DNA of 64,000 nt from Myxococcota bacterium (GCA_044344255.1 JBIJDH010000006.1:64001-128000), one strand, 5' to 3'. Counted from the first letter of the stretch, positions 44,424-54,260 are shown. Made by a program: numbers and translations. The notes: a model not told the origin generated them from the letters alone.

Positions 44424-47078
44424 ATGTCGCACCTGCTCCTCATGTTGCTCCAGGCGCCTGCGGTCCACGCGCAGGCGGCGCCTCCTCCTCCCCCTGCTCC
44501 GCCCGCGGCCGCAGAAGGGGAGCTCCCGCCCCTGCTCGTGCAGCCCGAGGTCATCGACTTCGTCCAGGCGCCCTACCCCGAGGCCGCCAAGGCAGAGGGC
44601 GTGCAGGGCACCGTCGGCCTGCTGATCGAGATCGACGCGCTGGGCGCGGTGAGTGCCGTCGAGGTGCTGCGGCCGGCCGGTCACGGCTTTGACGAGGCGG
44701 CGGTCGAGGCGGCGAAGCGCTTCCGCTTCCGTCCGGCGGCCGACCAGACGGGCCCGGTGCCCGTGGCGATCGAGTTCGACTACGGCTTCGTGCTCGACGC
44801 CACCACCGTGAAGTCGGCCGTCCCCGAGGAGCCGCTCCCGGCGGCGGTCGAGGCCCCCGTCAACCTCGAGGGCGTGCTCGTCGAGATGGGCACCCGCGTG
44901 CCGCTCCCCGGCGTGTCGGTGCGGGCGGTGGGCGCCGACGGCGTGGCTTGCGAGACCAGCACCGACGCCCAGGGCAAGTGGGCCTGCCGCGGCGTCGCCG
45001 TCGGCCCGGCGGCGATCACCGCGGCGCAGCCCGGCTACGCGCGGGTCAGCGAGACGGTGGAGGTCACCGCGGGCGAGGTGGCCGAGGTCAAGCTCTGGAT
45101 CAAGAACCTGAGCTACGCCGACAACGAGATCGTGGGCGTCTACGAGCGCAAGCGGGAGCCCGAGGTCACCCGGCGCACGATCTCGGTCGAGGAGGTGCGG
45201 CGCATCCCCGGCACCTTCGGTGACCCCGTTCGTGTCATCCAGAACCTCCCCGGCGCCGCCCGCGCGCCCTTCGGCATCGGGCTGCTCGTGATCCGGGGCT
45301 CGAACCCGGAGGACAGCAATGTCTACATCGACGGGGTCGAGATCCCCCTCATCTTCCACCTCGGCGGCTACCGCTCGGTGGTCAACGCCGAGGCCATCCG
45401 CTCGGTCGACTACCTGCCGGGCAGCTACGGCGTCCGCTACGGCGAGAGCACGGGCGGGGTCATCGACGTCCAGTCGATGGACGAGTACCCCGAGCAGGCG
45501 AAGCTCACCTGGCGCACCGACGCCCTCGACACCGGCGTCTTCTTCAAGGGGAAGGTGGGCAAGGAGAAGGACGTCGGCATCGCGGTGGGCGGGCGCCGCT
45601 CCTACATCGACGCCCTCATCCCGCTCTTCACCGACGGCACCGGCTTCATGGTCAAGCCCCGCTGGTACGACTACCAGCTCAAGGTGGCGGAGCTGAAGGA
45701 GGGGCCGAGTGAGATGTCGGCCTTCGTCTTCGGCTTCCAGGACATCCTCTTCTTCAGCACCCCCGACGACTTCGCCCAGGGCACCGACCAGGACACCCAG
45801 GGTGACGTCTCGGTCAAGTACCAGACCCACCGGCAGATCTTCCGGATGAAGCGGCGGCTCACCGACGAGCTCGACCTCGTGCTGCAGCCGGTGGTGGGCT
45901 GGGACACCATCAACTTTGGCTTCGGCCAGGCCTTCGCGCTCGACCAGCTCTTCTGCCGCATCGGCCTGCGGGCGGAGCTGCCCTGGCAGCCCTCCGAGAA
46001 GCTGCGGCTGAGCACCGGCCTCGACTCGAACCTCACCTACTACGACATCAAGTTCGAGCTGCCCTTCACGCCGGACTCCTTCAATTCGCTCGATCCCATC
46101 GGCGAGCGCGAGGCGTACGTCACCACCGTGACGGGGATGCTCATCCAGCCCGACCCCTTCATGGATCTCCAGTGGCGCCCCTTGAGCGACCCCGAGAAGC
46201 TGCTCGTCAACCCGGGCTTGCGGGTCAACGTGCTCGGCATCCCCGACGTCGCCACGGTCTTCGCGGTCGATCCCCGCGTGAGCGTGCGGGCCGGGCTGTT
46301 GCCGGGCGGCTCGCTCAAGGTGGGCACCGGCCTCCACCAGCAGCCGCCGCAGGGGCAGGAATTCGGCACCGGGGAGAACCTCACCACCGGCTTCGAGCGC
46401 GCCTGGTCGAGCGAGCTCGGCTGGGAGCAGAAGGTGGGCACGGCGCTCACCTTTGACGTCACCGGCTTCTACAAGAAGCTCGACCGCCTCATCATCCAGA
46501 ACCCGGAGCTGCAGGACATCGAGACCGACCCGCTCTATGTCAACGAGGGCGTGGGCGAGATCTACGGCCTGGAGGTGCTGGCTCGCCACGCCCTGGTCAA
46601 CAAGGTCTTCGGCTGGGTGAGCTACACCCTGTCGGAGTCCCGGCGGAACGACACGCCCGAAGACGAGGACGCCTGGTACCCCTTCGACTTTGACCAGACG
46701 CACATCCTCGTCGCGCTCGGGGGCTACCGCCTGCCGCGCGACTTCGAGGTCTCCGGCAAGCTCAGCTACGTGACCGGCAACCCCACCACCCCGTTTGCGG
46801 GTGGGGTCTACGATCTCGATCAGGACAGCTACAGCGGCTACCAGACCGCTGACTACAACTCCGAGCGGCTGCCGCCCTACTTCTCGATGGACTTCCGGGT
46901 GAGCAAGCTCTTCACCTTCAAGCGCTGGCAGCTCGAGACCTTCCTCGACCTCTTGAACGCGGTGCACGGCGAGAACCCGGAGCAGGTGCAGTACAACTAC
47001 GACTACACCGAGTCCGCCTTTGTGAGCGGCCTCCCCTTCATCCCATCGCCCGGCTTCCAGGCCGAGTTCACCTTCTAG
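44424..47078 (+). CDS. TonB-dependent receptor with N-terminal TonB C-terminal-like domain and carboxypeptidase-regulatory-like domain (myxobacterial type)
   Basis: 'YP.AA...G.QGTV.L...ID..G.V..V.V....G.GFDEAA..A...F.F.PA'; plug motif 'IPGT.GD..R..Q.LPG', 'IRG'; C-terminal beta-strand ending in F. Confidence 0.9.
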   Translation: MSHLLLMLLQAPAVHAQAAPPPPPAPPAAAEGELPPLLVQPEVIDFVQAPYPEAAKAEGVQGTVGLLIEIDALGAVSAVEVLRPAGHGFDEAAVEAAKRFRFRPAADQTGPVPVAIEFDYGFVLDATTVKSAVPEEPLPAAVEAPVNLEGVLVEMGTRVPLPGVSVRAVGADGVACETSTDAQGKWACRGVAVGPAAITAAQPGYARVSETVEVTAGEVAEVKLWIKNLSYADNEIVGVYERKREPEVTRRTISVEEVRRIPGTFGDPVRVIQNLPGAARAPFGIGLLVIRGSNPEDSNVYIDGVEIPLIFHLGGYRSVVNAEAIRSVDYLPGSYGVRYGESTGGVIDVQSMDEYPEQAKLTWRTDALDTGVFFKGKVGKEKDVGIAVGGRRSYIDALIPLFTDGTGFMVKPRWYDYQLKVAELKEGPSEMSAFVFGFQDILFFSTPDDFAQGTDQDTQGDVSVKYQTHRQIFRMKRRLTDELDLVLQPVVGWDTINFGFGQAFALDQLFCRIGLRAELPWQPSEKLRLSTGLDSNLTYYDIKFELPFTPDSFNSLDPIGEREAYVTTVTGMLIQPDPFMDLQWRPLSDPEKLLVNPGLRVNVLGIPDVATVFAVDPRVSVRAGLLPGGSLKVGTGLHQQPPQGQEFGTGENLTTGFERAWSSELGWEQKVGTALTFDVTGFYKKLDRLIIQNPELQDIETDPLYVNEGVGEIYGLEVLARHALVNKVFGWVSYTLSESRRNDTPEDEDAWYPFDFDQTHILVALGGYRLPRDFEVSGKLSYVTGNPTTPFAGGVYDLDQDSYSGYQTADYNSERLPPYFSMDFRVSKLFTFKRWQLETFLDLLNAVHGENPEQVQYNYDYTESAFVSGLPFIPSPGFQAEFTF

Positions 47079-47086
47079 GAGGGCGC

Positions 47087-48028
47087 ATGACCAACCACCG
47101 ACCACACGCCCGCCCCGCCCTCGGCGCCCTGGCCCTGCTGCTGCCGCTCGTCGCCTGTGGGGGCAGCGGGCTCGCCGAGAGCTATCAGCTCGACCGCCTG
47201 CGCCTCCTCGCCGTGGCCGCCGAACCTGCGGAGCCCCGCCCGGGCGACACCGTCACCTTCTCGCGCCTCGTCTACCTGCCCGAGGGGCAGGGCCTCGGCG
47301 GCCTCGTCTGGTTCGCCTGCCTGCCCACGGCCGCCGACAGCTTCGGCTGCCAGCTCGATCCGACCGTGCTCGACGCCTTCACCAGCGGTGAGCCCCTCAG
47401 CCCCGAGGAGCAGCAGGCGGCCCTGGAGGCGGCGATGGCCGCCGGGCTCATCGGCTTCGAGCCTGTCTTCCAGCCCACTTGGCTCGCGCCGGCCAACGCC
47501 CTCGACGGCCTCGACGAGATCGCGGCCAAGGAGGGGGTGAGCGCCATCGTCAACCTCACGCTGCTCTCCAATGACCCCGACGAGGAGCCGGAGATCGCCT
47601 ACAAGCGCGTGCCGATCAGCCTCGCCGACACGCCAAACCACAACCCGGTGATGGAGGGCCTCGACGTCTACAAGGTGAACGGCAGCGGAGACCCCACCGG
47701 AGACCCCATCCCCTGGGGCGGCCCCGACGTCGTGATGGCCCTCGAGGCCGGCGAGACCTACGAGATCACGCCCACCGTCCCCGAGGCCAGCATCGAGACC
47801 TACACCTTCCAGAGCTCGGAGGGCGTGGAGGAGACCCGCACGGAGGAGCCCTACTTCACCTGGTACACCGAGGGCGGGACCTTCGATCAGCCCTTCAGCC
47901 TCTACCCGGCCACCGAGGTGCAGCTCACGGTGCCCGAGGAGGACTTCACGGGCGTGATGGCCGTCGTGATGCGCGACCGCCGCGGCGGGATGGCCTGGCA
48001 GGTGCTGCGCTTCACGAACGTGGAGTAG
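47087..48028 (+). CDS. Lipoprotein co-encoded with the TonB-dependent receptor
   Basis: LVAC lipobox; 'LRLLAV.AEP' and C-terminal 'V.RD.RGG..W'; SD ggagg. Confidence 0.8.
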   Translation: MTNHRPHARPALGALALLLPLVACGGSGLAESYQLDRLRLLAVAAEPAEPRPGDTVTFSRLVYLPEGQGLGGLVWFACLPTAADSFGCQLDPTVLDAFTSGEPLSPEEQQAALEAAMAAGLIGFEPVFQPTWLAPANALDGLDEIAAKEGVSAIVNLTLLSNDPDEEPEIAYKRVPISLADTPNHNPVMEGLDVYKVNGSGDPTGDPIPWGGPDVVMALEAGETYEITPTVPEASIETYTFQSSEGVEETRTEEPYFTWYTEGGTFDQPFSLYPATEVQLTVPEEDFTGVMAVVMRDRRGGMAWQVLRFTNVE

Positions 48029-48091
48029 GGGGGCGGGCGGGGCGACGAAGCGGCCGGACGGGCGGAGGCCGATCAGCGGGCTGAGATGGCT

Positions 48092-48766
48092 TCAGGCCTT
48101 TGTGGGGCTTGAACGAGCGCCGCGGGTGCGGGTGGACCGCCCCTCCCGGGCGCGGATGGCCCGGCGGAGGATGTAGAGCGCCACCCCGGCATACTCGCGG
48201 CGAAGCCCGTCCGCCGAACGGCCCTCCCAATGGGCGAGGAGGTCCCGGAGGCGGCTGAGATCGGCACCCTTGGACTGGGCCAGCAGGAGGTTGAGCACCT
48301 GCGCGCGATTCTGCATGAGGCGAGGATTGTCGAGCTTGAGCGTGAGCACGTCTCCGTCCGCGCGATCGATCTCCAGCCTCCCATCGCCAAGGTAGCGGCA
48401 TCGGTCCTCCAGCCCCAACGCATCTCGAACCGGATGGACTTGAAGAGGGTTGTTTCCGCGCGCTTTGTCGCAGATGAGCTGTCCGTCGATCTTCCCCTCG
48501 CATACGGCCAGCAGATCAGGCCAGTGGATGTCCCGCCCGCCATCGGTGGACTGGGCGCTCCAATGCTCGATGGAGAGGTCTACCTGCCGCTCCTCCGTCG
48601 GGTGGTCATGGATGCGCCGCATGCAGTAGGCGCAGAGCCCGCCCTGGTCGCGATGGAGGGCGGCACGGACGGGGGCCTTCGGCGCTCCTGCGTAGCTCGC
48701 CGCTGGGGTGCTCTCCCGGTAGCGGCGCAGCTCCGGCGGCTCGGCGCCCTTGTGGATGCCGAGCAT
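48092..48766 (-). CDS. HNH endonuclease, PtuB/TIGR02646-like
   Basis: 'DQGGLCAYC.RRI', 'IEH', 'W.DLLAVC', 'CD..RG'; TGATG coupling to the ATPase. Confidence 0.85.
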   Translation of the reverse strand: MLGIHKGAEPPELRRYRESTPAASYAGAPKAPVRAALHRDQGGLCAYCMRRIHDHPTEERQVDLSIEHWSAQSTDGGRDIHWPDLLAVCEGKIDGQLICDKARGNNPLQVHPVRDALGLEDRCRYLGDGRLEIDRADGDVLTLKLDNPRLMQNRAQVLNLLLAQSKGADLSRLRDLLAHWEGRSADGLRREYAGVALYILRRAIRAREGRSTRTRGARSSPTKA

Positions 48767-50061
48767 CAGCCCTCCAGGAGCTCGATGAGGGCGCGGGCCC
48801 GCACGAGGTCGGGGTCGTCGGCGCCGAGGCGCTCCTCCAGCGCCTTGAGGGGCTTCTTCGCCTTCTTGGGGCTCTTGTCCACGAGCTGGAAGAGGGCGTC
48901 CAGCTCCTTTTGCACGTCATCCGGGCGAAGGGGGGTGGCCATCGGCCCATTGAGGATGGTGTTCGGGTCGCGACCGGAGAAGGCCGGGGTGCCCGAGAGC
49001 ACCCTCCCATTGTCGAGCACGATGATGTTCTCGTTCTTCACCGAGGCGAGTACCAGCGGGGAGTGTGTGCTGACGATGAGCTGCATCTCCGGGAAGGCGG
49101 CCACCATCGCTCCCACCACCGTGCGCTGCCACTGGGGGTGGAGGTGGAGCTCGATCTCGTCGATGATGAGCACCCCCTCGGCGAGGGTCGGATCGGGGAG
49201 CTGCGGGTTCAGGATGACCATGCGTCGAGCGAGGTCGAGGACGATGGAGAGGAGCCGTCGCTCGCCATCGGAGAGCTGGTCGAAGAAGAGGGGGCTGTCC
49301 CCTTTGTGGATGTAGAGGCGGCCCGCAGCGGGCTCCATCGGGTTGTCGCTGTGGCGGCGGAGGACGCTCACTTTGTGCAGGGCGCAGCCGTGCAGGCGGC
49401 TGAAGAATCGCACCAGCGCGCCGCGCAGTGCGCGAAGGCTCGGGAGCTCGAAGCCGAAGGACTGCCGACGCAGCTTCTCCTGGTTCTCCAGGTTCTCTTC
49501 CTGCTCGAACCAGGAGTGCAGGTCAGTGAACTGGTGGGCCTCCGAGTCGAAGGCACCCCGCCAGGCGACCTGGCGACCCTTGAGCTCAACCCCCCTTTCG
49601 GGGCGGCGTATCGGGAGTCGCGAGCTGGAAGAATGGGCGTAGAGCAGAGGTGGAAGACCTCTCTCGCCGCCCTCCACGATTGAACCCAATTTCGTCCAAT
49701 CGGGCGATTTGTTCTTTTGCTCATCAAAGTACTTTTGAGCACCCGTGTCATCACGAAAGGCGAAGAGACCCAACCCCACATCGGGGTCGTCCGGCTCATT
49801 GCGTCGGCCGACGGCGAGTACCCATACAGCTCTCTCACGGCTACCATGTACATTGGCAGCGTCTCCCCCCCCGAACCAGGGGGTTGAGCGACCGTTGACC
49901 GTTCCAACGACTGCCGACAGCGCACTGCTCATGGCGTCAAGCAGGGACGACTTCCCCGCCCCATTGACTCCCGCCAGGACGCTCAATCGGGGATGGAGCT
50001 CCACATTATGGTTGCCGGAAAAGCCACGAAAATCACGTAGCACAAGCCGTCGGACAATCAT
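48766..50061 (-). CDS. ABC/AAA ATPase, PtuA-like (Septu / retron type I-A effector type)
   Basis: Walker A GVNGAGKSS, signature LSDGERR, Walker B IIDEIELHLHPQWQR, H-loop STHSP; ATG 50061. Confidence 0.88.
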   Translation of the reverse strand: MIVRRLVLRDFRGFSGNHNVELHPRLSVLAGVNGAGKSSLLDAMSSALSAVVGTVNGRSTPWFGGGDAANVHGSRERAVWVLAVGRRNEPDDPDVGLGLFAFRDDTGAQKYFDEQKNKSPDWTKLGSIVEGGERGLPPLLYAHSSSSRLPIRRPERGVELKGRQVAWRGAFDSEAHQFTDLHSWFEQEENLENQEKLRRQSFGFELPSLRALRGALVRFFSRLHGCALHKVSVLRRHSDNPMEPAAGRLYIHKGDSPLFFDQLSDGERRLLSIVLDLARRMVILNPQLPDPTLAEGVLIIDEIELHLHPQWQRTVVGAMVAAFPEMQLIVSTHSPLVLASVKNENIIVLDNGRVLSGTPAFSGRDPNTILNGPMATPLRPDDVQKELDALFQLVDKSPKKAKKPLKALEERLGADDPDLVRARALIELLEG

Positions 50062-50480
50062 GGGGCCACCGATTCGCCGGCTTCGGGCTCGTCCACATCG
50101 CCCTCGGCCCACCTTTCCCCTACCCGCGCAGGCCGTGCAGTGCAGCCGGGCGAAGATGTGGCGGCCGAGCGGGAGGCGGAGGAGCAGGGCGGGGCGCTCG
50201 GCGAGGGCGCGGAGACGGCGATCGTGCTCGGCCAGGAAGTGCAGGACTTCGTCTGCGCGGGCCTCGGGACCGACCTTGCGGGGACTCGAAATGGCCGCGG
50301 GGGGGACAGGGCGCGTGAACGACGGGGAGCAGTCATGCCGCCCAGCCTACCACGGGGCCCCACCGCCCTCGTTCGCCCGCGGCACGGCCTCAAACCCGCC
50401 CGCCGTCGGGATACGCGGCTGCCGCGCCAGAATGGTCCGAACGGCGCGGCGCACCCCGAACGTCGAGCAGGCGGTCGCGC

Positions 50481-51089
50481 TCAGGGCGAGGCGGCCCCCG
50501 CGGCCTCTGCGCCGAGCCAGGCGTCCATGCGCTCGACGAGGAGCCCGGCCAGCCCCTCCGGCCAGGCGCCGACCGCCTCGGCGAAGCCCGCTCGATCGCG
50601 GGCGAAGTAGCGGCGGCCGGCCTCCTCGAAGCCGGGGAGGTCTCCGCCGAGGGCCCAGAGGAGCTTGTGACCGGCGTCCCGCGACCCCTGCGCCGCCGGG
50701 TTCGACCGCCCCTCTCGGCTGGCCAGCTCGACGAGGCGCCGGATCGCCGCGCTGGCGCCGCCGCGCTGGCCGGCGAGCCAATCCCAGTGGCGGGGCAGGA
50801 GCGACACCTCCCGCGAGACCACCCCGAGGCGCGGGCGACCGGGGCCGGGCCGCGCGGGCTCGATCCCGCGCTCGGGGCCGGGCTCGCCCCGCGGGGGCTC
50901 AGCAAACCGCGCCTCCACCTCGGCCGGGCTGCCGCGGAGATCGAGATCGACACGCTCTCCCGTCTCGACCTGAAAGACAGCGACGGGCGCCGCCTCTCCG
51001 GAGGCGGCGAGCTCGGCCACGGCGCGGGCGACCGAGGGGAGGGGGCCGCGGGCGAGGAGGGTGGGGCCGACGAAGGCGACGGTGGGCAT
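50481..51089 (-). CDS. DUF2239 family protein
   Basis: 'F..ETG..VDLDLRG', 'GRPRLGVVSREVSLLPRHWDWL..Q.GGAS.A.RRLVE', 'GDLPGFEEA.R'. Confidence 0.9.
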   Translation of the reverse strand: MPTVAFVGPTLLARGPLPSVARAVAELAASGEAAPVAVFQVETGERVDLDLRGSPAEVEARFAEPPRGEPGPERGIEPARPGPGRPRLGVVSREVSLLPRHWDWLAGQRGGASAAIRRLVELASREGRSNPAAQGSRDAGHKLLWALGGDLPGFEEAGRRYFARDRAGFAEAVGAWPEGLAGLLVERMDAWLGAEAAGAASP

Positions 51090-51112
51090 GGAGACTCCGG
51101 GTGGGTGGCACG

Positions 51113-51164
51113 TATTACCCGGGTGTAATGTTCGGCACAATATTACCCTGGTAATATTGTGCCG
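51113..51164. promoter_or_regulatory. Pair of related palindromic operator-like sites upstream of the DUF2239 gene
   Basis: Perfect 15-bp inverted repeat cggcacaatattacc-ct-ggtaatattgtgccg (51133-51164) and related tattacccgggtgtaat (51113-51129); AT-rich in a GC-rich background. Confidence 0.65.
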
Positions 51165-51182
51165 CGCTGTTCCGGGCCCTCC

Positions 51183-51536
51183 TCACCGTCCCGCGGATGG
51201 GTTCTCGATGATGCCGAGCACGTTGCCGAAGGGGTCGCGCACGGCCGCGGTGCGGATTCCGCCACCCACGTCCCGGGGCGCCTCCACCACCGTCGCGCCG
51301 AGGCTGAGCAGCCGCTCGAAGGCGGCCTCGATCTCCTTCACCCCCCAATAGGCGCTGCCCGAGCTCGGGGCGCCGTCCGGGATGAGGCCCAGCTCATAGC
51401 CGCCGATCTCAAAGCCGACGTAAAAGGGCTGGTCAAAGTAGGGCTCTATGCCGGTGGCCTCGATGTACCATCGCTTCGCCAGCGCGAGGTCGGGGGCGGC
51501 GTAAAAGGCAGAGCGGAGGCCGAGGAGGGGCTTCAT
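51183..51536 (-). CDS. VOC/glyoxalase family protein
   Basis: 'DL..AK.WY', 'PYFDQPFYVGF.IGG.ELGL.P', 'DVGGGI..A.V.DPFGN..GII.NP'. Confidence 0.9.
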   Translation of the reverse strand: MKPLLGLRSAFYAAPDLALAKRWYIEATGIEPYFDQPFYVGFEIGGYELGLIPDGAPSSGSAYWGVKEIEAAFERLLSLGATVVEAPRDVGGGIRTAAVRDPFGNVLGIIENPSAGR

Positions 51537-51797
51537 GGCGGAGGGCTCGAGGGAGGGAAGGTGGGCGGGGTGGGATCGTCGGCCTTCGGTATCCCGTCGC
51601 GTTAGATGCAGGCTCGATTCCCCGCGCCCTCCGTGTGGGGCGGCCTCCTCGCCGCGAGGCTGGCACCGAATTCGACTCGGCGCCCTCTCCCCCTGAAGCA
51701 CTCCACAGTGCCTGGTGTCGACTCGGGCACCCAGACTTCGGCGCTTGGGCCGTCCGCCGCGATAGGGGGCGGCCCCCGCGCTCGACGGTGTGCGCCT

Positions 51798-53195
51798 GTG
51801 CTGTTCCCGACCCTCGAATTCGCGATCTTCCTGGCCGTGGCGCTCGCCTTGTCTTGGGCGACGCGGGGGGCGGGGCTGGCCTGGCGGGGGCTGCTGCTCG
51901 GCTTGAGCTGGGTCTTCTACGGGTGGTGGGACTGGCGCTTCGTGGGCCTGTTGGGGGCCTCCACCCTGGTGAACCAGGCCCTGGTCTGCACCCTCGACCG
52001 GCAGGTGGGCGGCCGACGGCGGGCGGTGCTCGCCCTGGCGGTGGCCTTCAACCTGGCGCTGCTGGGGCTGTTCAAGTACGCCGACTTCTTCTTGCTCTCG
52101 GTGGAGGCGACCGCGGCGGCCTTGGGGTGGGGGCTGGCTATGCCCTTGCTCGACTGGGCGCTGCCGGTGGGCGTCAGCTTCTTCACCTTTGAGGCGCTGT
52201 CCTACGCCATCGACGTGTACAGGCGGGCGGCCCGACCGGCGCGGCTGGTGGACTTCGGGCTCTACCTCAGCTTCTTTCCGCACCTCGTCGCCGGACCCCT
52301 GGTGCGGGTGGGGGAGCTGATCCCGCAGCTCGAGGCGCCGCCCCCGGTCGCCCTGGAGGCCCCCCGGGCGGCCCGGCTCATCCTGATTGGCCTCGTCAAG
52401 AAGGTGCTGATCGCCGACACCCTCGCCGGGACGCTGGTCGACCCGGTCTTCACCAACCCCGCCGCGGCCAGCGCCGCCGAGGCGGCCCTGGCCCTCTATG
52501 GTTACGCGGCGCAGATCCTCTGCGACTTCAGCGCCTACACCGACATCGCCTTGGGGGTCTCGCTGCTCTTTGGTCTATCGCTGCCGGAGAACTTCGATCG
52601 GCCCTACGCCGCTCAGTCCTTTCAGGAATTCTGGCGGCGCTGGCACATCACGCTCTCTCGCTGGCTGCGGGATTATCTCTACCTCCCCCTGGGCGGCAGC
52701 CGGGGAGGGGAGGGGCGCACCGCGGCCAACCTGCTGATCACGATGCTGCTGGGCGGGCTCTGGCATGGGGCAGACTGGCGCTTCGTGCTGTGGGGGGCCC
52801 TCCATGGGCTGTTCCTCGTGGGGGAGCGGGCGCTCGGCCTCCACCGCCCGCCCCAGCCTGGGCCGGTGGGGCTGCTGCGCGCGCTGGGGGTCTTTCACCT
52901 CGTCGCCCTGTCCTGGGTGCCCTTTCGCGCCCCTTCGCTCGACGAGGCCTGGGCGGTGCTCTCGGCGCTGGGCAGCGGCGGCCTCGAGGCGCCGCGCTTC
53001 AGCCTCCCCGTGGCCCTGGCGCTGATGGGCGCCCTCGGCGGCCAGGCCCTGCCCGCGCGGCTCGGGCCTGCCCTCGATCGAGCGGTGGGGCGGCTGCCGC
53101 CGGTGGTCTTCGCCGGCCTCGTCGCCTTCGCGCTGATGGCCATCGACGCCCTGGGCCCGGATGGTGTGGCCGCCTTCATCTACTTTCAATTTTGA
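51798..53195 (+). CDS. MBOAT O-acyltransferase (AlgI/PatA/DltB family)
   Basis: 'LP.G.SFFTF', 'FFPHL.AGP', 'DFS.Y.DIA', 'ENF.RPY', 'FWRRWH.TLS.WLRDY.Y.PLGG', 'GLWHG', C-terminal FIYFQF; GTG 51798. Confidence 0.93.
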   Translation: MLFPTLEFAIFLAVALALSWATRGAGLAWRGLLLGLSWVFYGWWDWRFVGLLGASTLVNQALVCTLDRQVGGRRRAVLALAVAFNLALLGLFKYADFFLLSVEATAAALGWGLAMPLLDWALPVGVSFFTFEALSYAIDVYRRAARPARLVDFGLYLSFFPHLVAGPLVRVGELIPQLEAPPPVALEAPRAARLILIGLVKKVLIADTLAGTLVDPVFTNPAAASAAEAALALYGYAAQILCDFSAYTDIALGVSLLFGLSLPENFDRPYAAQSFQEFWRRWHITLSRWLRDYLYLPLGGSRGGEGRTAANLLITMLLGGLWHGADWRFVLWGALHGLFLVGERALGLHRPPQPGPVGLLRALGVFHLVALSWVPFRAPSLDEAWAVLSALGSGGLEAPRFSLPVALALMGALGGQALPARLGPALDRAVGRLPPVVFAGLVAFALMAIDALGPDGVAAFIYFQF

Positions 53196-53222
53196 TACGT
53201 TCAATTTTGAGGACGTTCCGCG

Positions 53223-54260
53223 TTGAGCGCCCCGATGCCACCCACCTTGCCGCTTCGACAGACCCTTGGGATCGTCTACCTGGCGATGCTGGGCGCCGGC
53301 CTGCTGAACGCGCCGGCGCTGGTGGAGCGGGTCGCCCGCGCGCCAGAGGGAGAGGGGCGGGCCCTCGGGCTGGCGCTCGTGGAGCCCTTGGCCGAGTCTG
53401 TTCACGCGCTGGGCCTCGATCGACCCCGTTCCGCGCTGCGCGCGCTGGCTGGTCGGGAGGGGGCGGCTCCGCTGCCGCCTGAGCCCCCGACCGCGCCGGT
53501 GGAGGCTCCGACCCCGTCGCCGACCGAGGCGCCGGCCCCGTCGCCGACCCCGTCGCCGACCGAGGCGCCGACCGAGGCGCCGCCCCGCGCGCTGCGCGGC
53601 CCCACCGCCGAGGAGCCGCTCCGGGTCTGGGTCTTTGGCGACTCGCTCATCAACATGGCCGGCCCTCGGGTGGAGGCCCTGCTGGAGGCCACCGGCCTCG
53701 CCCAGGTGCAGGTCGACAGCCGCCCGAACACCGGGCTCGTGCGGCCCGACTATTTCGACTGGCCCGCCGCCCTGCGCGGCCGCCTCGCCGAGGGGCCCAA
53801 GCCCGAGGCAGTGCTGGTGCTGATGGGAGCCAACGATGGACAGAACGTGCGGGTGAACGGAGCCTCCGCCCCCCGCTGGTCGGCGGCGTGGTCGACGGAG
53901 TACGAGCGCCGCGCCGGCGAGCTGATGGCGCTGCTCACCGCCGCGGGCGCCGAGGTCTGGTGGGTGGGCCTGCCCGGCATGAAGGGGGCGGCCCACCAGC
54001 GCACCGCCGATGCGCTCAACGCCGTGCTGGCCGACGAGGCGGCGCGGCACCCCGGCGTGCGCTTTTTGCCCACCGAGGCGGTCTTCTCCTCTGGCGGGCA
54101 CCGCTTCTCGTTGCACCTGGTGGGCCCTTCGGGGGCGCGCTTCCCGGCCCGGGCCAGCGACGGCGTCCACTTCACCTGGAGCGGCTCGCGGGTGCTGGCC
54201 GCGCACGTGGTCGAGGCCCTCTGTCAGGGCTGGCCGGTGCTCTGCCCGCCTCCGGGATAG
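53223..54260 (+). CDS. SGNH/GDSL protein (DUF459-like; PatB/AlgJ-type periplasmic O-acetyltransferase partner)
   Basis: N-terminal TM, Pro/Thr linker, GDS block I, 'TGL.RPD.FDW', GAND, DGVH. Confidence 0.85.
   Translation: MSAPMPPTLPLRQTLGIVYLAMLGAGLLNAPALVERVARAPEGEGRALGLALVEPLAESVHALGLDRPRSALRALAGREGAAPLPPEPPTAPVEAPTPSPTEAPAPSPTPSPTEAPTEAPPRALRGPTAEEPLRVWVFGDSLINMAGPRVEALLEATGLAQVQVDSRPNTGLVRPDYFDWPAALRGRLAEGPKPEAVLVLMGANDGQNVRVNGASAPRWSAAWSTEYERRAGELMALLTAAGAEVWWVGLPGMKGAAHQRTADALNAVLADEAARHPGVRFLPTEAVFSSGGHRFSLHLVGPSGARFPARASDGVHFTWSGSRVLAAHVVEALCQGWPVLCPPPG

Noticed and set aside
38483..47105. Very long ORFs 38483..41797 (+) and 44250..47105 (-)
   Set aside because: Antisense shadows of the repeat lipoprotein and TonB-dependent receptor genes
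48092..50480. Complete retron type I-A
   Set aside because: No reverse transcriptase ORF (no YADD-type RT) or recognisable msr-msd in the window
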